64,000 nucleotides of DNA from Nitrospirota bacterium (GTDB taxonomy: Bacteria > Nitrospirota > Thermodesulfovibrionia > Thermodesulfovibrionales > Dissulfurispiraceae), in the NCBI GenBank assembly GCA_963710375.1, contig CAVPZX010000005.1, positions 32,001 to 96,000 of the forward strand. Direction: 5' to 3'. How positions within the stretch are numbered: the first letter of the stretch is position 1; each line of letters begins with the position of its first letter. Under the pieces are notes generated by a model. That model did no database searches. It had not been told where the DNA came from and worked only from the letters and a program-made list of their open reading frames with translations. Position numbers and translations under genes: made by a program. This document shows, piece by piece, positions 1 to 10,498 of this stretch.

Positions 1-1
1 A

Positions 2-328
2 TACGTCTTGGACAAGAACCGCTACTTCATAAGGACCATCGGGCTCGGCAAAGCCCGGAAAATACCCACGCATGTAAGGAGCTACCACTCGGTATCCGTT
101 TACTGCAAGGACAGGAATTTGATGGCGATAGGAAATCGGGAGGTCGGGAAAGCCGTGCAATGCTATGATGAGCGGCCCCTTTCCCTCTTCGAGTGCATGG
201 ATAGTGGTACCATTCGCCTCAACAGTGATGCGGTTATAAGCGTGGTCAAGAACCATAAGTCCTCCTTGATTTCCTTGGTTTCCTCTCCTTCGGCTCAACA
301 CCGAACCGTGGGTCATTTATTTCAATAG
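2..328 (+). CDS. partial hypothetical protein (open at the left edge)
   Basis: Open frame from position 2 to the stop at 328; its 3' end overlaps the convergent TfoX-like gene; no motif recognised. Confidence 0.3.
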   Translation, partial: YVLDKNRYFIRTIGLGKARKIPTHVRSYHSVSVYCKDRNLMAIGNREVGKAVQCYDERPLSLFECMDSGTIRLNSDAVISVVKNHKSSLISLVSSPSAQHRTVGHLFQ

Positions 329-638
329 CGCGGATTATTTCAGAAGCTGCCGATTCAAAATCCTCCGTATTCTCCGGCAAATATAACCACTTCTTGAGGA
401 CAGGGTGTTGAACTATATAGTTGAACTCATTCACTATGGATTTATGATGCTCACGATCAGTCGGTATCAGCAATCCATTCCACGGTTCTTCACCTTCGGA
501 CAAAAGCAAGACCATACGCCCGTGTAGATAGATCGCAAGACACCCGAACATGGATCTCTCTATGTAACTTGGCTCATCCATAATGGATTCAACTAGCCAA
601 AGAAGGCGATGGTCTTTCCTTTTCTTTTTTGACGCCAT
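246..638 (-). CDS. TfoX N-terminal-like protein
   Basis: 'ERSMFGCLAIYLHG' resembles the TfoX_N xMFGxx motif; 130 aa. Confidence 0.6.
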   Translation of the reverse strand: MASKKKRKDHRLLWLVESIMDEPSYIERSMFGCLAIYLHGRMVLLLSEGEEPWNGLLIPTDREHHKSIVNEFNYIVQHPVLKKWLYLPENTEDFESAASEIIRAIEINDPRFGVEPKERKPRKSRRTYGS

Positions 639-673
639 ATTAAATTATAACCCAAACCTTTACATGGCCTATT

Positions 674-3600
674 TCATTGTGTGGTGAGGCCAAGTTCTGC
701 TTTACTGAAATCCCGTCCCTTCCAGAGAATATAGATGGCTGGATAGATAATGAGTTCGAGTATTGTCGAAGTGACAACTCCGCCAACCATTGGTGCTGCT
801 ATCCGTTTCATCACATCCGATCCGGCGCCGTGGCTGAACATTATAGGTATCAGTCCTGCAAGGATGACAGCAACGGTCATGATCTTGGGCCTTATCCTTT
901 TCACCGCTCCGTACATGACCGCTTCTTTCAGCGCATCGGGGCCCGTGAGCTTCCCCTCCTTTTTCCATTTCTCGTATGCAAGCTCAAGGTAAAGGAGCAT
1001 CACGACTCCTGTCTCGGCATCAAGCCCCGCAAGTGCAATAATGCCTACCCATACGGCAATACTCATGTTGTAGCCGAGCAGATAGAGAAGCCAGAACGAG
1101 CCCACAAGCGAGAAAGGCACGGCCATGAGCACAATCCCGGTCTTTATAAAAGACTTTGTGTTGAAATAGATGAGAATAAAGATAACGAACAGCGTGACCG
1201 GGATAACGATCTTCAGCCTTTCATGGGTTTTCACCAGGTATTCGTACTCTCCGCTCCACTGGAGACGGTATCCCGCAGGGATTTCAAGGGAGGCTACCCT
1301 CTTTTTGGCGTCATCAACATAGCCGCCCACATCCCTGCCTGCAAAGTCTATATAGACATAAGAGGTAAGCAACCCTTCCTCGCTCTTTATGGCGGTAGGT
1401 CCCCTGACTATTTTGATGTCTGCAAGTTCCCCAAGAGGGACCTGCATAATTCTCTGCTGTACCGGCATCCCCTGAGCGGCAGCAGGAGCCTGACCTTCCA
1501 TTACAGGTACCAGCACACGCCTGATGTCTTCAACACTGCTCCTCATGTCCCTGAAATACCGCACGTTTACAGGATACCTCTCCCTTCCTTCAACAGTGGT
1601 TGTAAGGTTCATGCCCCCTACTGCAGACTCAATGATATCCTGTACATCCTTGACAGTTAGACCATATCTGGCAGCTGCTTCCCGATTCACATCGATATCA
1701 AAGAAATAGCCGGTAGTAACACGCTCGGCGTAGACGCTGCGCGTGCCTGGAACGTCCTGTATCCGCTTCTCGATTTCGAGGCCGATGCGTTCAATCTCTT
1801 CAAGGTTAGACCCCAGTATCTTGATGCCTACCGGAGTTCTGATGCCGGTGGAAAGCATATCGATCCTCGCCTTTATAGGCATCGTAAATGAATTCGCGAC
1901 TCCCGGTATGGTAAGGGCATCGTTCATCTCGAACTTGAGCTTTTCCACGGTCATCCCCGGTCTCCACTGCGATTCAGGCTTCAGGTTTATAACAGTCTCG
2001 AACATTTCCAAAGGCGCAGGGTCCGTAGGGGTTTCGGCGCGTCCAGCCTTGCCGAATACCTGAGATACTTCCGGTATACGCATCAGGATACGGTCCTGGA
2101 TTTGGATGAGTTTGGATACTTCAGATACAGAAGCAGCAGGCACTGTTACCGGCATATACATCAGCGAACCTTCATATAACGGAGGCATAAATTCAGAGCC
2201 GAGTTTGGTAAATGGGATTACAGTAACCGCCATAATGATCACTGCAATAAAAATCACGGTCTTTTTGTAGCTGAGAGCAATCTTGGCGACCGGCTCGTAA
2301 AACTTGTGGAGGATGCGGCTCACCGGGTGTTTCTCCTCCGGATAAATGGTGAAGAAATATTTAATGACAGGCAACTTGCCGAGCCTGCTTTCTCTGATAA
2401 AGAGCGACATCAGCACCGGCGTCAGCGTAACAGCGAGGAACGATGAGAACAGCATTGCAAATGTCTTCGTGTAAGCCAAAGGCTTGAACAATCTGCCGGC
2501 CTGTTCCTGTAATGTGAACACGGGAAGAAACCCAACCGTAATAACAAGGAGCGAGAAAAAAAGCGACGGCCCTACCTCTTTGGCAGCGTCGATTATTACA
2601 TCAGTCCTGCTGCAATACAGCTCGCGGTCACATTCCCAGGCTTCCATTTTTTTATGAGCATTTTCGACCATGATGATCGAGGCGTTAACCATGGCCCCGA
2701 TAGCAATAGCAATGCCGCTCAGGCTCATGATATTCGATGTAACGCCAATATAGTGCATACAGATGAACGAAATGATAATCGCCACAGGGAGAGTAAGGAT
2801 TACGACAAGGGCGCTCGGCAGATGGAACAGGAATATAATGCAGACCGCGCTCACTGCAATGGAGAGCTTGAGAATTTCATCTTTAAGCGTTTCGATGGAC
2901 CTGTGGATAAGGTCCGACCGGTCATAAGTGACTACAATCTTCACCCCTTTGGGAAGGCTCGGCTCAATATCGGTCTTTAACTTCTGCTTCACCCTATCGA
3001 TTACATTAAGGACATTCTGCCCGAACCTGACGACAACTATCCCAGCCGCCGTTTCACCCTTACCGTCGAGTTCAGCGAGTCCCCGGCGAATTTCAGGACC
3101 CAGCTGCACGCGGGCGATGTCCTTCACAAAAACAGGGGTCCCGGAAATGCTGGCGCCGACAGGTATATCTTCGATGTCACCCAGGCTTTTGATGTACCCC
3201 TTTCCCCTGACCATATATTCTGTGCCGGAGAATTCCAGTACCCTGCCCTCCACATCCTGGTTGCTTTTCCCGACCGCATCGAGCACTTTCGGCAAAGGGA
3301 TGTTATAAGCCAGAAGTTTGTTGGGATCAATCGTTATCTGGTACTGTTTCACAAAGCCGCCGACGCTCGCTACCTCCGATACGCCGGGTACGCTTTCAAG
3401 GGCGAGTTTAACATTATAGTCCTGAATGGAACGCAATTCCGCCAGGTTGTGGCCTCCTGTCTCGTCAACCAGGGCATATTCGAAGCCCCATCCGACGCCT
3501 GTACCATCGGGGCCGAGAACAGGGTTTACATCGGCGGGTATCTTGTTCTTTACTGCCTGGAGGTATTCCAGCACCCTGGTCCGCGCCCAGTAGATATCAG

Positions 3601-3901
3601 TGCCTTCCTTAAAGATGACATATATAAAGGAACTGCCCAGGAATGAGAAACCCCTAACAGCCTGTACCTCCGGGGCCGCAAGGAGAGTCGAGGATATCGG
3701 GTATGTAATCTGGTCCTCTACAAGATCGGGGCTCCTGCCGCTCCAGTCAGTGTAAACAATGACCTGGGTGTCGCTCAAGTCGGGAATGGCGTCTAGGGGA
3801 GTTTTTTTCAGCGCCCAGTAGCCCCAGACTATAAGGAATGCTACGAAAAGAAAAATGACAAACTTGTTCCTCGCGCTGAATTCAATTATTTTGGCGATCA
3901 T
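674..3901 (-). CDS. cusA: CusA/SilA heavy-metal efflux RND permease
   Basis: 1075 aa; 'LDAIPDLSDTQVIVYT', 'NIMSLSGIAIAIGAMV', 'MKRIAAPMVGG'. Confidence 0.95.
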   Translation of the reverse strand: MIAKIIEFSARNKFVIFLFVAFLIVWGYWALKKTPLDAIPDLSDTQVIVYTDWSGRSPDLVEDQITYPISSTLLAAPEVQAVRGFSFLGSSFIYVIFKEGTDIYWARTRVLEYLQAVKNKIPADVNPVLGPDGTGVGWGFEYALVDETGGHNLAELRSIQDYNVKLALESVPGVSEVASVGGFVKQYQITIDPNKLLAYNIPLPKVLDAVGKSNQDVEGRVLEFSGTEYMVRGKGYIKSLGDIEDIPVGASISGTPVFVKDIARVQLGPEIRRGLAELDGKGETAAGIVVVRFGQNVLNVIDRVKQKLKTDIEPSLPKGVKIVVTYDRSDLIHRSIETLKDEILKLSIAVSAVCIIFLFHLPSALVVILTLPVAIIISFICMHYIGVTSNIMSLSGIAIAIGAMVNASIIMVENAHKKMEAWECDRELYCSRTDVIIDAAKEVGPSLFFSLLVITVGFLPVFTLQEQAGRLFKPLAYTKTFAMLFSSFLAVTLTPVLMSLFIRESRLGKLPVIKYFFTIYPEEKHPVSRILHKFYEPVAKIALSYKKTVIFIAVIIMAVTVIPFTKLGSEFMPPLYEGSLMYMPVTVPAASVSEVSKLIQIQDRILMRIPEVSQVFGKAGRAETPTDPAPLEMFETVINLKPESQWRPGMTVEKLKFEMNDALTIPGVANSFTMPIKARIDMLSTGIRTPVGIKILGSNLEEIERIGLEIEKRIQDVPGTRSVYAERVTTGYFFDIDVNREAAARYGLTVKDVQDIIESAVGGMNLTTTVEGRERYPVNVRYFRDMRSSVEDIRRVLVPVMEGQAPAAAQGMPVQQRIMQVPLGELADIKIVRGPTAIKSEEGLLTSYVYIDFAGRDVGGYVDDAKKRVASLEIPAGYRLQWSGEYEYLVKTHERLKIVIPVTLFVIFILIYFNTKSFIKTGIVLMAVPFSLVGSFWLLYLLGYNMSIAVWVGIIALAGLDAETGVVMLLYLELAYEKWKKEGKLTGPDALKEAVMYGAVKRIRPKIMTVAVILAGLIPIMFSHGAGSDVMKRIAAPMVGGVVTSTILELIIYPAIYILWKGRDFSKAELGLTTQ

Positions 3902-5154
3902 TATTTAACGATGCCTTTCAGTTTAGCTTCGGAATCGATCAGGAAGTTCGCAGCTGACGCAACACGTTCGCCGGCCTTTAGACCCGACATAATCTCGACC
4001 ATTCCATCGGCCCTGATGCCGATGGTCACTTCGCGCGGTTCGAAATTGCCTTCTCCCTTGTCAACATAGACCACCTGGCGCTTTCCCGCATCAAGAATTG
4101 CATCATCCGGAATAACCAGCTTCTTGCCCAGGTTGATCTTGACCTCGACGTCAGTATACATCTGCGGCTTCAGCTTGTTGCCGGGATTCGGGACAGTAAA
4201 CCTTACCTTGGCGGAGCGGGTATCGCCGGCAATCGTGGGGTAAACATAGTCAATTGTTGATGAAAACTCCCTGCCGGGAAAATAGCTCAGGCTGATCAGG
4301 GCCTTCTCCCCGGTTTTTATGAGCGGAAGCTCGTATTCGAAGATATCGGACAATATCCACACCGTCGAAAGATCGGCAATGTCAAAAAGCTTCTCGCCAG
4401 GCATAGTCCGCATGCCCTGGAAAGCCATTTTCTGCACTACGTAGCCGCTAACCGGGCTGTAAATGGTAAGAGACCGCACCGGTTTTCCGGTTTGCTCGAT
4501 CCTGTTTATCTGCTCTTCGGAAATGTCCATTAGACGCAATCGCTGCCGAGCCCCTTCGACAATAGCTCTCGAATCGTTTGCAAGCATTGAGCCTACAGCA
4601 TCATTTTTGACCGCCTTGTTCTTCTTGTCCCATTGCAGCAGGTCGATAAACTCCTGCTGTGTCGCCAGAAGTTCCGGGCTGTAAATCTCGGCAAGCGGCT
4701 CTCCCTTACGTACGTACCTGCCCGTATAATCAACATGGAGCTTTTCTATCCATCCCTCGAATTTCGTATTCACCGTGGCAAGCCGCCGCTCGTCGTATTG
4801 CACCATCCCCACGGTCCTTATGATTTTCTGAAGCGGCTTTATCCCGGCAACAACGGTTTTTACGCCAATTAGCTGCTGTTTTTCCGGTGGGATTTCTACT
4901 GTCGGCGCTTCTTCTTGCTCCTGCTCCGCAGAAGCGGCCTGTTGCCCCGGCTGAACAGCAGCCAGCTGCTGGGACTGCTGTGCGGGCATGTTCATGCCTG
5001 GCATCGTTTTGCCCTGATCGGCTGCCGCCACTGGTGTCTGCACAGGAGCGGGTTTTTTCTTCGAGGAGACAAGACTATTTCCAAAGACATAGATTAAAGC
5101 CGCCAGAACAATAATAGTGCCTCCGGCGACGACAGTAATAAACCTTTTTTTCAT
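3901..5154 (-). CDS. cusB: CusB-type RND periplasmic adaptor
   Basis: N-terminal TM, 'GWIEKL', 'YSPEL', 'FLIDSE'; abuts cusA. Confidence 0.9.
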   Translation of the reverse strand: MKKRFITVVAGGTIIVLAALIYVFGNSLVSSKKKPAPVQTPVAAADQGKTMPGMNMPAQQSQQLAAVQPGQQAASAEQEQEEAPTVEIPPEKQQLIGVKTVVAGIKPLQKIIRTVGMVQYDERRLATVNTKFEGWIEKLHVDYTGRYVRKGEPLAEIYSPELLATQQEFIDLLQWDKKNKAVKNDAVGSMLANDSRAIVEGARQRLRLMDISEEQINRIEQTGKPVRSLTIYSPVSGYVVQKMAFQGMRTMPGEKLFDIADLSTVWILSDIFEYELPLIKTGEKALISLSYFPGREFSSTIDYVYPTIAGDTRSAKVRFTVPNPGNKLKPQMYTDVEVKINLGKKLVIPDDAILDAGKRQVVYVDKGEGNFEPREVTIGIRADGMVEIMSGLKAGERVASAANFLIDSEAKLKGIVK

Positions 5155-6485
5155 TTTCGATTCCCCTTCCGGATATTGATAGCTGCGCCTGACAACCCGG
5201 TTGAAGCCTCGACCCGCGCTATTGCTTTTTCACGCTCTGCCCACTGCAACCAGTACGATATTTCGTAATCTATTATCGACTTCAGTCTCGTTATAACGGT
5301 CAGAGCGTCGTTAGAACCTGTCCGGTATCCGGACAGGGAAAGCTCGACATCCTGCAAGCTTTTAGGAATGAGGCCGTCTTTGTAAAGCTGCATCAGCTTG
5401 TCAGAGGCCTTGATCATAGCATAGTTGTCCCTGATTCCAGAGGCGATCATGAGTCTCGCCGATTCCCTTTCGCTCCGTGCCTCGTTGAGAGACGCTTCGG
5501 CTTCGTTCACCGCCTGCCGTTGCTTCGTCCGTTCAAAAATCGGTATGTTTATTGTCGTTGTAAGACTCCACATATCTTGAAAGTTATTTCCGCGCGGGAA
5601 ATAACTGCCCGTAATCGTGAAATCAGGGTAGTAATCCTTTTTTGCAAGCGCAACCTTTATTTCAGCCGCATCGATCTTCTTGTCCAGGGACTTGATTTCG
5701 GGAGATTGCTCGTTCGCCATAGCGATCAGTTCATTGAGCGAATAGATCATGCCTGCCGGCGGCAGGTCAGCCGGCCTTCCGAGCTGCGCATCGGCCGGCC
5801 GGCCCACAGTTGTATTCATTATGGCATCGAGGGCCTCCACCTTCTGCCTCAGCATCGTCTGCTTTTCAAGCAGCATGTATTTCTCAGTCTGGGCCATCAG
5901 AACTTCCTGCTGAGACCCTTTCCCGGTAGAATAACGGGCAAGGGCGGCATCTTCCACCTGGGTAAAAAGGTTGGTCCTCTCATTAATAAGGTCAATATTT
6001 TTATATGTTCCATACAAATCGAAATATATCTCCTTCACCTTAGCTATTATTTTCAGGCGGAGGGCCTCAGATTCCGCACCTATGCTTGCTGATTCTTTCG
6101 AGGCCGCCTCTCCTCTTAAAGCGAGCTTACCGGGAAAGGGAAAAGTCTGCGCGACAGCGACTATCCCCTGGGTGTTGGGATTGTCCGGATTGCCGTAAGT
6201 GAATTTATTGAACCCTTCGTTCTGATAGCCGAAAGTGATCATAGGGTCCGGAAGGGTCTTTACCTGCGGTATGCGATATTCTGCCGCAGATGTTCTGTAC
6301 CCGGAGGCATGCAGATCGGGACTGTTTTTGAGCGCTTCGTCGATAAGCTGCTGTAGGTTCAGGTCTTCGGCCTGAACCTGAGCTGCAGCAAGAAAGAAAA
6401 TTGCAAAAGCTGCAAGCCAGGACAGGGCGATGGACAAGCGGCTGTGCGAGATAAACCTCCATATTGCCGATGTTGCGTATTCCAT
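5151..6485 (-). CDS. TolC/CusC-family outer-membrane efflux protein
   Basis: Signal peptide, OEP-like repeats ('LPDP', 'YYPDF'), overlaps cusB start. Confidence 0.85.
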   Translation of the reverse strand: MEYATSAIWRFISHSRLSIALSWLAAFAIFFLAAAQVQAEDLNLQQLIDEALKNSPDLHASGYRTSAAEYRIPQVKTLPDPMITFGYQNEGFNKFTYGNPDNPNTQGIVAVAQTFPFPGKLALRGEAASKESASIGAESEALRLKIIAKVKEIYFDLYGTYKNIDLINERTNLFTQVEDAALARYSTGKGSQQEVLMAQTEKYMLLEKQTMLRQKVEALDAIMNTTVGRPADAQLGRPADLPPAGMIYSLNELIAMANEQSPEIKSLDKKIDAAEIKVALAKKDYYPDFTITGSYFPRGNNFQDMWSLTTTINIPIFERTKQRQAVNEAEASLNEARSERESARLMIASGIRDNYAMIKASDKLMQLYKDGLIPKSLQDVELSLSGYRTGSNDALTVITRLKSIIDYEISYWLQWAEREKAIARVEASTGLSGAAINIRKGNRK

Positions 6486-6517
6486 TACGCTATCCTCCTC
6501 TTTACTTTGTTCGTATG

Positions 6518-6907
6518 TTACTGGGAGTTAACATTGAACTTGACACTGGAAGTCTTGCCGCCTCTCGTTATTTTTACCGCTACATTCCAGGTACCTGACA
6601 TAGGCAAATTCATATTGGCCGCATATGTTGCTCCTGTCAATACCGCATCGGTCTTATAGTTCATCGCAGGCATCGGGGGCATGGCAGGCATCGAATAACT
6701 GACCGTTACCTTTGCATCGGTCACATACTTGCCGGCAGCGTCTTTTACGGTAACAGTTACATTGTTGTTACCTACAACCGGCGGGTTCTTGTCTATCGTA
6801 ACCAGCACATTATATTCCCCGGCCTTTTTTGTGACTTCATAATCCTTTGCATACACTACACCTGCCACCAAAATGACTGCCAGGATTAATACCAATAAGC
6901 GTTTCAT
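6518..6907 (-). CDS. YtkA/FixH-like Met-rich periplasmic protein, copy 1
   Basis: Signal peptide MKRLLVLILA, 'YSMPAMPPMPAM', 'MSGTWNV'; GGAGG RBS before the ATG at 6907. Confidence 0.75.
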   Translation of the reverse strand: MKRLLVLILAVILVAGVVYAKDYEVTKKAGEYNVLVTIDKNPPVVGNNNVTVTVKDAAGKYVTDAKVTVSYSMPAMPPMPAMNYKTDAVLTGATYAANMNLPMSGTWNVAVKITRGGKTSSVKFNVNSQ

Positions 6908-6982
6908 AAGCACCTCCTGATGTTTATTTTTCAACTTTTTCAAAGCATAATATCCTTTATTCGGATTATATTACACTTTACG

Positions 6983-7001
6983 TGTGAAGAAAATATGAAG
7001 A
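6983..7001. promoter_or_regulatory. candidate response-regulator box TGTGAAGAAAATATGAAGA
   Basis: Identical 19-mer also at 7651-7669 upstream of the paralog; TGAAGA repeated with 11-bp period. Confidence 0.5.
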
Positions 7002-7206
7002 GTATGTTTAATATTCACCTCATCCGCATTTTTTGGGTAGACAGATATGTTTCCGGCGGCAGTTCCTCAAGGACGCGTGAAGCTTCTGTTTATTTCGCCT
7101 CATCAACAATACTCAAAACTATCCTGTCAACTTCATCAGCAATGGATTGAATATCCGCTTTGGGCAGCTTTTGCCCATTACGCCGGTCTCTTTAATATAT
7201 CGTTTA

Positions 7207-7596
7207 TTACTGAGCGTCCACATTAAACTTGACGGAGGAAGTCTTGCCGCCCTTTGTTATTTTCACCGCTACATTCCACGAGCCTGACATCGAGGGATTC
7301 AGAGTAGCGGCATATTTTGTCCCCGTCAATAAAGCTATGGTTTTGTAATTGGCTGCAGGCATCCCCGGCATAGCCGGCATGGAATAATTGACCAATACCT
7401 TTGCATCGGTAACAGGCCTGCCGGAGGCGTCCGTAATCTCAATTTCCATGCTGTTATTACCGACAACAGGCGGGTTTTTGTCGAGCCTTACCTGGACATT
7501 ATAATCGCCGGCCCTCTGTTTCATTTCAAGACCACTTGCATACGCAACCCCTGCTATCAACACAACTGCCAGCACCAATACCATTAACCGTTTCAT
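7207..7596 (-). CDS. YtkA/FixH-like Met-rich periplasmic protein, copy 2
   Basis: Paralog of 6518-6907 ('DKNPPVVGNN', 'YSMPAMPGMPA', 'GGKTSSVKFNV'). Confidence 0.75.
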   Translation of the reverse strand: MKRLMVLVLAVVLIAGVAYASGLEMKQRAGDYNVQVRLDKNPPVVGNNSMEIEITDASGRPVTDAKVLVNYSMPAMPGMPAANYKTIALLTGTKYAATLNPSMSGSWNVAVKITKGGKTSSVKFNVDAQ

Positions 7597-7650
7597 AAGT
7601 ACCTCCCGATATTTGTTTTTTAGCTTCTCAGTTTTAGACTATCATTTGTT

Positions 7651-7669
7651 TGTGAAGAAAATATGAAGA
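7651..7669. promoter_or_regulatory. second copy of the TGTGAAGAAAATATGAAGA box
   Basis: Identical to 6983-7001. Confidence 0.5.
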
Positions 7670-7719
7670 CGCTATGTCGGATAATTTACACGTCTTCGTT
7701 CTACGTGTTACGATAAGAA

Positions 7720-8136
7720 ATGGATAATATTTTCGGTATGACAGGGCGCCTGAACCACCAGGTGCAGTTAGATACTGTTCTTCATATGGCCAAAGATGAC
7801 ATGGATATACTTGCTGTGATTCTCTTTGGCAGCGCGGCAAGAGGCGAAGTCACCGCCGGGTCTGATACAGATGTCTGTATTGTTCTTGATCAACATTCCA
7901 ACCCTTCAGTTTCTTCGGCTAAACGACTTCAATATCTCTCCGTAGCTGATCTTGATATTGTGATATTTCAGCAGCTTCCGATATACATCAGACATAGGGT
8001 CATAAAAGAAGGCAAGGTGCTTTTCTGCCGCGATGAAGATATGCTCTATGCTATCGCACTTAGAAACGCACGGGAATTTGAAGACTTCCGTCACATATAC
8101 AAGGAATACCTTGGAGAGGTCTCACTTGCTCGATAG
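7720..8136 (+). CDS. MNT minimal nucleotidyltransferase (antitoxin)
   Basis: 'ILFGSAARGEVTAGSDTDVCIV' GS-x10-DxD motif. Confidence 0.85.
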   Translation: MDNIFGMTGRLNHQVQLDTVLHMAKDDMDILAVILFGSAARGEVTAGSDTDVCIVLDQHSNPSVSSAKRLQYLSVADLDIVIFQQLPIYIRHRVIKEGKVLFCRDEDMLYAIALRNAREFEDFRHIYKEYLGEVSLAR

Positions 8137-8554
8137 AGAAAGAATCCTGTCTAAAATTGATTCGCTGGAGGGATACCTAAGAGAGTTGCAAGCAATTGTG
8201 CCTGGAAGCTACAGTGAATATCTTTCATCGTCAGAAAAGCGGAGGGCATGCGAGAGGCTTTTGCAAATATCGGTAGAATGCGTTCTTGACATATGCAGTC
8301 TTTTTGTTGCAGGGCTCCGCCTGGGTCTTCCTGCGGAGGAATCAGACCTCATTGAACTGCTCTGCAACAACAAGGTCCTTTCTGCTGATACAGCCGCGAT
8401 TGTTCGTTCTATGAAAGGCTTCAGAAATATCCTGGTTCAGGACTATGCCGGAACAGACACCGCTATTATTTATCAGATTGCCACAGAACGATTGATGGAC
8501 TTTGAAAGATTTATCAAGGAGGTGCTGGGTGCGTTACGGCGAGAAGGCGATTAG
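8126..8554 (+). CDS. HEPN/DUF86 (HepT-like) toxin
   Basis: '[14 protein letters not shown]', '[10 protein letters not shown]'; TTG start overlapping the MNT 3' end. Confidence 0.8.
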   Translation: MLDRERILSKIDSLEGYLRELQAIVPGSYSEYLSSSEKRRACERLLQISVECVLDICSLFVAGLRLGLPAEESDLIELLCNNKVLSADTAAIVRSMKGFRNILVQDYAGTDTAIIYQIATERLMDFERFIKEVLGALRREGD

Positions 8555-8909
8555 CAAAGCCTGTCTGGAGGTCTGGGATAACCCCTCTCCAGAACGGGAT
8601 TATGAGATTGCTATAGCGTTTCCTGAATTTACCTGTCTCTGCCCCAGGTCAGGATACCCGGATTTCGGGACAATAAAACTAAATTACATCCCTGCAAAAA
8701 AGATTGTCGAACTGAAATCATTTAAGCTGTACCTGAACGCTTTCAGGGACATCCATATATCGCACGAGGAAGTGACAAACAGGATTTATGCGGATCTGAA
8801 AAGCCTGCTCAGGCCGCGGTACATCGAAGTGATCGGAGATTTCAACCCAAGGGGGAATGTGAAGACCGTAATACGGGTTGCCTCGAAGCAGCCAACCGGT
8901 CCCAAATAA
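8529..8909 (+). CDS. queF: preQ0 reductase QueF
   Basis: '[14 protein letters not shown]', 'VELKSFKLY', 'SHEE', 'PRGN'; likely GTG start at 8529. Confidence 0.9.
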   Translation: MRYGEKAISKACLEVWDNPSPERDYEIAIAFPEFTCLCPRSGYPDFGTIKLNYIPAKKIVELKSFKLYLNAFRDIHISHEEVTNRIYADLKSLLRPRYIEVIGDFNPRGNVKTVIRVASKQPTGPK

Positions 8910-8911
8910 AT

Positions 8912-9535
8912 CTAATGATTTTTTAGGATACCCTTTGCACGCTCGATAAAAAGTCTCATTTTCTTTAAGTCCTTCTTGCCTTTTTTCTCTTCAATTCCGC
9001 TGCTCACATCAACGGCATAGGGCCTTACCCGCTTGATTGCCTTCTCGATATTCTCCGTATTAAGTCCACCGGAAAGAATAATATTGCCGAACCGCTTTGC
9101 TTCAACAGCGATGTCCCAGTTAAATATCTGTCCGGTACCCCCGAATTTCCCCGGCGAATAGGTATCCAGGAGAAAGGCTGATACCCTGCTGCAGGCCTCA
9201 AGCGGTTTTAGGTCGGTAAAGTCTTTTACCCTTAATGCCCTGATGACCCTGTGCCATGCAGCACATACGGCAGGGGCCTCTTCGCCGTGCAGCTGAAGTA
9301 CATTCATTCCCGAGTATTGCATGATCTCCTTGATTTTTTGCTCAGTCTCATTAACGAAGACGCCGACGGTGGTAACTAACGGAGGCATATAGGAGGTTAT
9401 CTCCCGTGCCGTTTCAGGAGAAACATATCTGGGGCTTTCCGGGAAAAAAATGAACCCAAGCGCATCTGCGCCATAATCGACTGCTGCCAACGCATCTTCG
9501 ATATTCGTTATGCCGCAAATCTTAACGCGTACCAT
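8912..9535 (-). CDS. trpF: phosphoribosylanthranilate isomerase
   Basis: 'VKICGIT', 'QLHGEE', 'GGTG', 'VDVSSGIE'. Confidence 0.95.
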   Translation of the reverse strand: MVRVKICGITNIEDALAAVDYGADALGFIFFPESPRYVSPETAREITSYMPPLVTTVGVFVNETEQKIKEIMQYSGMNVLQLHGEEAPAVCAAWHRVIRALRVKDFTDLKPLEACSRVSAFLLDTYSPGKFGGTGQIFNWDIAVEAKRFGNIILSGGLNTENIEKAIKRVRPYAVDVSSGIEEKKGKKDLKKMRLFIERAKGILKNH

Positions 9536-9682
9536 TTTTCTAAGTATATCATAATTTTGAGTGTTCGCCCCAAGATAATTGGAAATTCAGCCTGTCCACG
9601 AGCGGGCATAGGCAATAACGTTTATTTTATCTGGTATTTATGTTATATTATTTAAAGTTTTCTACTTTTACCGGAGGAATTT

Positions 9683-10498
9683 ATGGCTATTATTACAATA
9701 TCGAGAGGTTCTTATACAAGGGGAAAAGAAATAGCGGAAAAAGTTGCCAAAAAACTTGGCTATGACTGTGTTGCAAGGGAAACGCTGCTGGAAGCATCAA
9801 AAGAATTCAATGTGCCCGAAATTAAACTTGTAAGGGCACTTCATGATGCCCCGTCTATTTTGGACAGGTTCTCCTACGGCAAAGAAAAATTCCTTGCATT
9901 TTACCAGGCCGCTTTTCTGAAACACCTTCTAAAAGACAACATTGTCTACCATGGACTGGCAGGACACTTCCTGCTCAAAGGGGTTCATCACGTACTGAAA
10001 GTGCGAATTATTTCCGATATGGAAGATCGCGTAAAATTCGAGATGGAACGTGAAAAGATATCGGAGAAACAAGCATACAGGCTTCTAAAAAATGACGATG
10101 AAGAAAGAAGCAAATGGAGTAAATACGTGCACGGCATAGACACGAATGACCCGTCGCTTTACGACCTTGTGATCAAGACGAGAAAAATAGCCGTTGATGA
10201 CGCTGTCGATATTATTTGCTATGCTGCAAAACTTAAAGCTTTCGCCACCACGCCGGAATCTAAACAGGCATTTGACAATTTGCTTCTGGCTGCAAATGTC
10301 AAAGTAGCAATAATAGAAGTCGCGCCTGCTTCGGAAGTCCTTGCCAGAGATGGCGTTGTGAGCATTAAGACCACAAGCGCTTCCGACGAATACTCTGAGA
10401 AAGATATCACTGCTACTATTGTAGAGGCTGCACAGAAAATAGAAGGTGTCAAAAAGGTCGAAGTATACGTTATGCCTGTATTGCCCTTCAGCGCATAA
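9683..10498 (+). CDS. cytidylate kinase-like family protein with C-terminal BON-like domain
   Basis: 'MAIITISRGSYTRGKEIAE', 'DPSLYDLVI'. Confidence 0.75.
   Translation: MAIITISRGSYTRGKEIAEKVAKKLGYDCVARETLLEASKEFNVPEIKLVRALHDAPSILDRFSYGKEKFLAFYQAAFLKHLLKDNIVYHGLAGHFLLKGVHHVLKVRIISDMEDRVKFEMEREKISEKQAYRLLKNDDEERSKWSKYVHGIDTNDPSLYDLVIKTRKIAVDDAVDIICYAAKLKAFATTPESKQAFDNLLLAANVKVAIIEVAPASEVLARDGVVSIKTTSASDEYSEKDITATIVEAAQKIEGVKKVEVYVMPVLPFSA

Noticed and set aside
677..1660. 327-aa plus-strand ORF and similar antisense ORFs over cusA, tolC, purB, cydA and recQ
   Set aside because: Shadow frames of well-supported genes; no motifs
7090..7195. Minus-strand fragment 'NGQKLPKADIQSIADEVDRIVLSIVDEAK*' between the YtkA paralogs
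   Set aside because: No start or RBS; at most an unassignable gene remnant
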